Part shown: piece after piece, positions 59,611-64,000 of the stretch | How the letters are laid out: each line of letters begins with the position of its first letter | Position numbering within the stretch: position 1 is the stretch's first letter | Source: Hyphomicrobiaceae bacterium | GTDB lineage: Bacteria > Pseudomonadota > Alphaproteobacteria > Rhizobiales > Hyphomicrobiaceae | Assembly: GCA_022842785.1 (NCBI GenBank) | Contig: JALHOW010000010.1 | Span: 31,224-95,223, forward strand | DNA length: 64,000 nt | Direction: 5' to 3' | Made by a program: the position numbers and the translations under genes | Notes under the pieces: model-generated | Seen by the model: only the letters and a program-made list of their open reading frames with translations | Told to the model about the DNA's origin: nothing | Database searches by the model: none

Positions 59611-60909
59611 TCAGCGCGCGTAGGCGTGGCCCTTGGGGAAGGGCAGCACCGGATCGACCGTGCGCAAGTTCGCGGGCCAGGCGATCTTCGTCACGCCGTC
59701 GATGTACTGCATGACGACCGGGCTCGAGCGCTCGTTCTGGCCCGACATCTGATGGCCGGGGGGGAAGAACTTCACGCCATAGCCTTGGATGGTGCCGCCA
59801 TCGGGAATATCGGTCTCGAGCGCGGCCTTGCGGAGCGCTTCAGGATCGAAGCCGCCATGCTTCTTGATCGCGCGCGGCAGCACGTCAGTGAGGAAGATCC
59901 ACTGCTGATTGAAGCCCATGGACGCGTGTGGTGGAACTTCGCTGACCTTGGTCTCGGCCTTGTAGCGCTTGACCATCTCGGCCGTGACGTCGCCGATGCC
60001 GGGCGCGAGGGTCTTGGCATCGAGAAGCTGCGCGGCGACCGGGTCGACGTTGTAGAAATAGTTCACGTCGCCCTTGAAGGTCTCGATCAGCTTGTCGATC
60101 TGCCCGTAGCCCGCGCCGTGACCGATGAGGGCGTCGAACTTCAGACCGGCTTCCTTCGACTGACGCAGGAAGAGCGTGATGTCCGGGTTATATCCCGTGT
60201 GAAGGATGACGTCCGGCCGTGCGCGGCGAAGCTTCGTGACGAGCGCCGAAAGATCGGTCGACGTCGCGGCATAGCCTTCCTTGTGCACGATCTTGATGCC
60301 GAGTTCCTTGCAGGTCGCCTCGTTGCCGGCCGCAACGCCGGTGCCATAAGGGCCGTCCTCATAGAGGATCGCAACGCTGATGTCCTTGGGATCCTTGCCG
60401 AGCTTGGCCTTGGCATTCTCCGCGATGAACTTGCACGACGCCGCGCCGAACTGATCCGAATGGACTTGAGAGCGGAAGACGTACTGCAGGTTCTTGTCCT
60501 TCAGCACCGCTGACGCAACGCAGACGTTGGCCCACATGAATCTCTTGGCTGCGTCGACCTTGGCGGCCATGGGCACGCAGTGCGCCGAAGAGAACACGCC
60601 CATCAGCGCGTCGACCTTGACCTCGTTCAGCAGTCGCTCGGATTCGTTGATCGCGACGTCGGTCTTGGACTGGGCATCGGCATACGTCGCGACGATTTTA
60701 TGTCCCTCGACGCCGCCCCGCTCGTTGATCATTTCGACGGCGATCTTGGTTGCGATCGCGGCCGGCAGCGAGCCACCTCCGGCGAATGGGCCGGTGTAGT
60801 CGTAGATGATGCCGAGCTTGATTTCCTTCTGGGCGGCGGCGGGCAGGCTGGCGCCCACGACAAGCCCAATCGCTGCTGCGGCGACCGCAGCAGACCTCAA
60901 AAACTTCAT
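59611..60909 (-). CDS. ABC substrate-binding protein (Leu/Ile/Val-binding family)
   Basis: Signal peptide; IKLGIIYDYTGPFA, INERGGVEG, YEDGPYG. Confidence 0.9.
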   Translation of the reverse strand: MKFLRSAAVAAAAIGLVVGASLPAAAQKEIKLGIIYDYTGPFAGGGSLPAAIATKIAVEMINERGGVEGHKIVATYADAQSKTDVAINESERLLNEVKVDALMGVFSSAHCVPMAAKVDAAKRFMWANVCVASAVLKDKNLQYVFRSQVHSDQFGAASCKFIAENAKAKLGKDPKDISVAILYEDGPYGTGVAAGNEATCKELGIKIVHKEGYAATSTDLSALVTKLRRARPDVILHTGYNPDITLFLRQSKEAGLKFDALIGHGAGYGQIDKLIETFKGDVNYFYNVDPVAAQLLDAKTLAPGIGDVTAEMVKRYKAETKVSEVPPHASMGFNQQWIFLTDVLPRAIKKHGGFDPEALRKAALETDIPDGGTIQGYGVKFFPPGHQMSGQNERSSPVVMQYIDGVTKIAWPANLRTVDPVLPFPKGHAYAR

Positions 60910-61189
60910 GGTGGTCTCTACTCCCTAGGTGAGTTAGCTCGGTTAAGCCCGATGTTGCTCGTTTGCCCGTACACTGGAGAAGGAAGCCCCCGACTGTCAA
61001 TTGCTTTCACAAGCGAGATAACGGTGGTTCCGGCGCCGGTACCCATTCTTGCTGCTCGATATTCGGGCGCATCGTGCCGACGAAAGTCGCGGAGCAATCG
61101 GGTGGTATGCGAGGTCCCGCTCGGATATACCTTGCGCGGGAGATTAAGCGGTCCCCGGCGGGACGTGGCGGACGCACGGGAAGGATTGG

Positions 61190-61972
61190 ATGCAGGACAA
61201 GCTGTCGAGGTCAGCGCACGAGGGGGGTGCTCCCGGCGAGGAGCCGGCGCGACCCTTGGCTGCAGAGCCGGTGGAAGTTCACCGCTGGCGCGTCGGCGCA
61301 CGACTGCGGAACTACTTCCTGACCGGCCTCGTCGTCGTCGGCCCCGTCACCATCACGATCTACATCGCCTGGTACGTCATCAATATCGTTGACCGCTGGG
61401 TAAAGCCGTACATTCCGCACATCTACAATCCGGATACCTATCTGCCGTTCGCGGTGCCGGGCATCGGGCTCGTTTTTGCGATCCTCATGCTGACGATGAT
61501 CGGCGCGCTCGCGGCAAATCTGCTCGGTCGCTCGCTCATCAGTGCCGGCGAGATGATGCTCGACCGCACGCCCATCGTGCGCAACGTCTATCGGGCGCTC
61601 AAGCAGATCTTCGAGAGCGTCGTCAGCGTATCCGCTCCCGAGCAGGCCTTCCAGAAGGTCGGCCTGATGGAGTTCCCGTCGCCGGGCATATGGTCGATCG
61701 TATTCGTGACGGGCGAGGCGACTCGGCAGATCGCCTCGCTGAAACCGCAGGATGACCTGATCAGCGTGTTCATGCCGACGGGCATGCTGCCGCCTACGGG
61801 CTTTGTATGCTTCGTGCCGCGTGCCAGCGTCACCATCATTGGCATGAGTGTCGAGGATGCCGCGAAGATCGTCATCTCGGCCGGCATGGTCAATCCGGAG
61901 ACGCAGGCACGTCTACGTGAGCTGCGCGAGAAGGCCGGCATCACGGATGACGCCAAGCCGCCGCGGGCTTAG
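61190..61972 (+). CDS. DUF502 family membrane protein
   Basis: LRNYFLTGL, P.VRNVY..LKQI, VF.PT...P.TGF, MSVEDAAK.VIS.G. Confidence 0.9.
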   Translation: MQDKLSRSAHEGGAPGEEPARPLAAEPVEVHRWRVGARLRNYFLTGLVVVGPVTITIYIAWYVINIVDRWVKPYIPHIYNPDTYLPFAVPGIGLVFAILMLTMIGALAANLLGRSLISAGEMMLDRTPIVRNVYRALKQIFESVVSVSAPEQAFQKVGLMEFPSPGIWSIVFVTGEATRQIASLKPQDDLISVFMPTGMLPPTGFVCFVPRASVTIIGMSVEDAAKIVISAGMVNPETQARLRELREKAGITDDAKPPRA

Positions 61973-62937
61973 CTAGGCCGCGTCGCGTCGGCGCCGATGC
62001 CGAGGTAGGCATCGAAGACTGACCAGAAATGCTGCCGGATCGTATCGTTCTCCTGCAGGATCTCATGCTCCGACTGAGGTATGGGGACGTGCGCGCCGAT
62101 CTTGAGGCGGCTCGCGAACGTCTCGATTGCGCGTGAGGAGACAATGCGGTCGTTGGCAGCGCTGAAGAGCAGCAGGGGCACCTGAACGCGCCGGGCGAAT
62201 GCCGGATCCATCACATGCGCGCACGTGCGGTACGCCGCCCGGGTCCAGCCATCCGTCGGATATCCGAGCGCGAGTTCGGGTGCGGCTTCGACGACCTGGC
62301 GATTGCGCATGTAGCGCTCGCGGTCCGAGGTCAGCGTATTGCCTTCGAATGGAACCATCTCAGCCGGTTGATCGGAGCCCGTCGGCACATAGCGCGTCGA
62401 TTGCCCGAGCAGGCAGGCGGTCTCGACAAAAACGCGCGCGAGATTGCCCGGAACCCGCGCCTTGTCCGCGATGATCTCGAACATCGGCGCGCACAGTACG
62501 ATGCGATCGAACCACGAGTCCGGCGCGACCGAATGCCGGGCCAGTATGTTGCCGCCCATGGAGTGGGCGAGCGCGTAGTACGGCGGCGGGCACTCAGGAA
62601 GCACCACCTGCTTCATGAAGACTGCGAGATCCTGATCGAATTCCTTGAAATCCCGGATATGGCCTTTGCGCCGGTTGGCCAGCAGTCGATGCGAGCCACC
62701 CTGCCCACGCCAGTCATGGATGGCGACGGCGAAACCACGCCGCCGCAGGTCCGCGATGACTTCGAAGTACTTCTCGATGTATTCGCCACGACCTGAGAAT
62801 ACGCAGACCGTGCCGCGAGCGGGGCCGCGCGTTGCACTCCAGCGGGCAAAGCGCAGGGGAGCGCCGTCATATCCGGCAAAGTCACCGCTGACGGCGCCAC
62901 TCGGGACCGGGTTCTTCGCGAGCGAGACCAGGGTCAT
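61969..62937 (-). CDS. Lysophospholipase (PldB-like) alpha/beta hydrolase
   Basis: GRGEYIEKYFE, DWRGQGGS, AHSMGG, HEILQE. Confidence 0.88.
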   Translation of the reverse strand: MTLVSLAKNPVPSGAVSGDFAGYDGAPLRFARWSATRGPARGTVCVFSGRGEYIEKYFEVIADLRRRGFAVAIHDWRGQGGSHRLLANRRKGHIRDFKEFDQDLAVFMKQVVLPECPPPYYALAHSMGGNILARHSVAPDSWFDRIVLCAPMFEIIADKARVPGNLARVFVETACLLGQSTRYVPTGSDQPAEMVPFEGNTLTSDRERYMRNRQVVEAAPELALGYPTDGWTRAAYRTCAHVMDPAFARRVQVPLLLFSAANDRIVSSRAIETFASRLKIGAHVPIPQSEHEILQENDTIRQHFWSVFDAYLGIGADATRPS

Positions 62938-63045
62938 GGATCACCGGCTGTGGGCATGGAGGTGAAGGGAAGTGCGAATCAGAACTCCGCGAGATTAACA
63001 ATCGCCGCGTTCCAGGGCAGATGCTTTTGAGAGCTTTCCCGCGCG

Positions 63046-63082
63046 CAAAAACAACAACGGCAGAGGCGAGCCCCTGCCGTTT
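63046..63082 (-). terminator. Terminator for minus-strand gene
   Basis: AACGGCAG/CTGCCGTT stem followed on the minus strand by GTTGTTTTT. Confidence 0.65.
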
Positions 63083-63109
63083 CAATGACCTGTACTCGAA
63101 ACTTAAAGC

Positions 63110-63646
63110 TCAGCGGAGATAGGGTCCGTACCCGTAGTGCCTGCGCGGCCCGTACGCGTAGGGTCCGCCGGGGACCGGTGCGAGAGGTTGTGCGGATACG
63201 ATCTCGCCCGAACAACGGTCGATCTTCAGGCGATGCAGCAATCCGTTGGGACGCCTAGCCTCGACGATGGCGACGCGGCGGCGGACATCGATCTCCTGAA
63301 AGTCGCTCCATCCCTCGCGATACAGCCGATCACGGATCACGTGACGCGGCGTGCAGTCATATGCAAAGCGATCCTCGTGCCTGTAGACGCGAGCCGGAGG
63401 CGCCAACCGCTTGTCGTCGTAGTCGTCGTCGACATCGGCGTAGCGCTCCTCGATCTCTTCCTTCTCGACATAGCGCCGCGAGATGCGCCCTGGCGGCGGG
63501 CCGTAGAGGTCTTGATAGCGCGGATCTTCATACGCCGACCTGTAGCGATCTGATGGACCATATCCAAGGTCTGCGGCCTGTGCGGGGGCGCTCCCCGCCA
63601 GACTCAATAAGGCGACGGCGCCGGTCGCCACGGCGATCAGTCTCAT
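63110..63646 (-). CDS. Secreted protein with PepSY-like C-terminal domain
   Basis: AGGAGG RBS, signal peptide ending AQA, domain IRDRLYREGW.D...I......VEA....LKIDRCSGEIV. Confidence 0.7.
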   Translation of the reverse strand: MRLIAVATGAVALLSLAGSAPAQAADLGYGPSDRYRSAYEDPRYQDLYGPPPGRISRRYVEKEEIEERYADVDDDYDDKRLAPPARVYRHEDRFAYDCTPRHVIRDRLYREGWSDFQEIDVRRRVAIVEARRPNGLLHRLKIDRCSGEIVSAQPLAPVPGGPYAYGPRRHYGYGPYLR

Positions 63647-63808
63647 GGCCTAGAACCTCCTGAAGCTGCTGGTCTCGCTTCTGCTGACTTGCTGCCGTAG
63701 CCCGCGCTTCCAGCGCCCCACTCGCGCCAAGAGCTGCAATCTCCGGCCTGCCCACGCCTCCCTCCGATGGCAGGGTGACGGCGCCACCATGAATGCAGGC
63801 TGCCTGCT

Positions 63809-63827
63809 GCGTTCATTTGGCGTTCAT
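63809..63827. promoter_or_regulatory. Direct repeat GCGTTCAT-n3-GCGTTCAT (11-bp period), OmpR/PhoB-type box
   Basis: Exact 8-bp repeat one helical turn apart, in the divergent intergenic region. Confidence 0.45.
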
Positions 63828-63908
63828 CCGCAACGTCGGGTGGCTTGATTAGTTGCTGAGATTGCGGAACCTTGATGGCCAAATCATCGGATGTGCTCAG
63901 GAGGATAC

Positions 63909-64000
63909 GTGTTTCAGGACGGTTTGCTGAAGGGCAAGAGGATTCTCGTAACGGGCGGCGGCACTGGCCTCGGAGCTGCCATGGGGCGGCGATTTCTGGA
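63909..64000 (+). CDS. SDR (2,4-dienoyl-CoA reductase-like), N-terminal fragment
   Basis: AGGAGG RBS, MFQDGLLKGKRILVTGGGTGLG; runs off the window. Confidence 0.8.
   Translation, partial: MFQDGLLKGKRILVTGGGTGLGAAMGRRFL

Overview
High-GC alphaproteobacterial chromosome segment, most like Hyphomicrobiales/Hyphomicrobiaceae (inferred from gene content). Most of it is core genes: ubiA, leuB, pbpC, lpxK, dsbA x2-smc, dnaN-recF-gyrB, a branched-chain amino acid-type ABC transporter and various catabolic enzymes. The main accessory feature is a ~9.5 kb integrative element at the 3' end of tRNA-Leu(CAG), with 19-bp att repeats at 10507-10525 and 20029-20047 plus IHF-like and arm-type sites. It carries an intact tyrosine integrase, a putative HEPN (RxxxxH) nuclease, a divergent DUF7946-like gene and a divergent arsenic cluster (acr3-arsC / arsR-flavin monooxygenase-MFS) whose MFS does not resemble ArsK or ArsJ. 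Other highlights: a histone-H1-like gene with a perfect CtrA box, a SET-domain gene with a long structured leader, a Ser/Thr kinase-TM-WD40 receptor-like protein, an orphan DUF2247 immunity-like gene and tandem mmsB paralogs. No CRISPR array, rRNA or IS element was seen. All family names are from motif recognition by eye; no database search was run.
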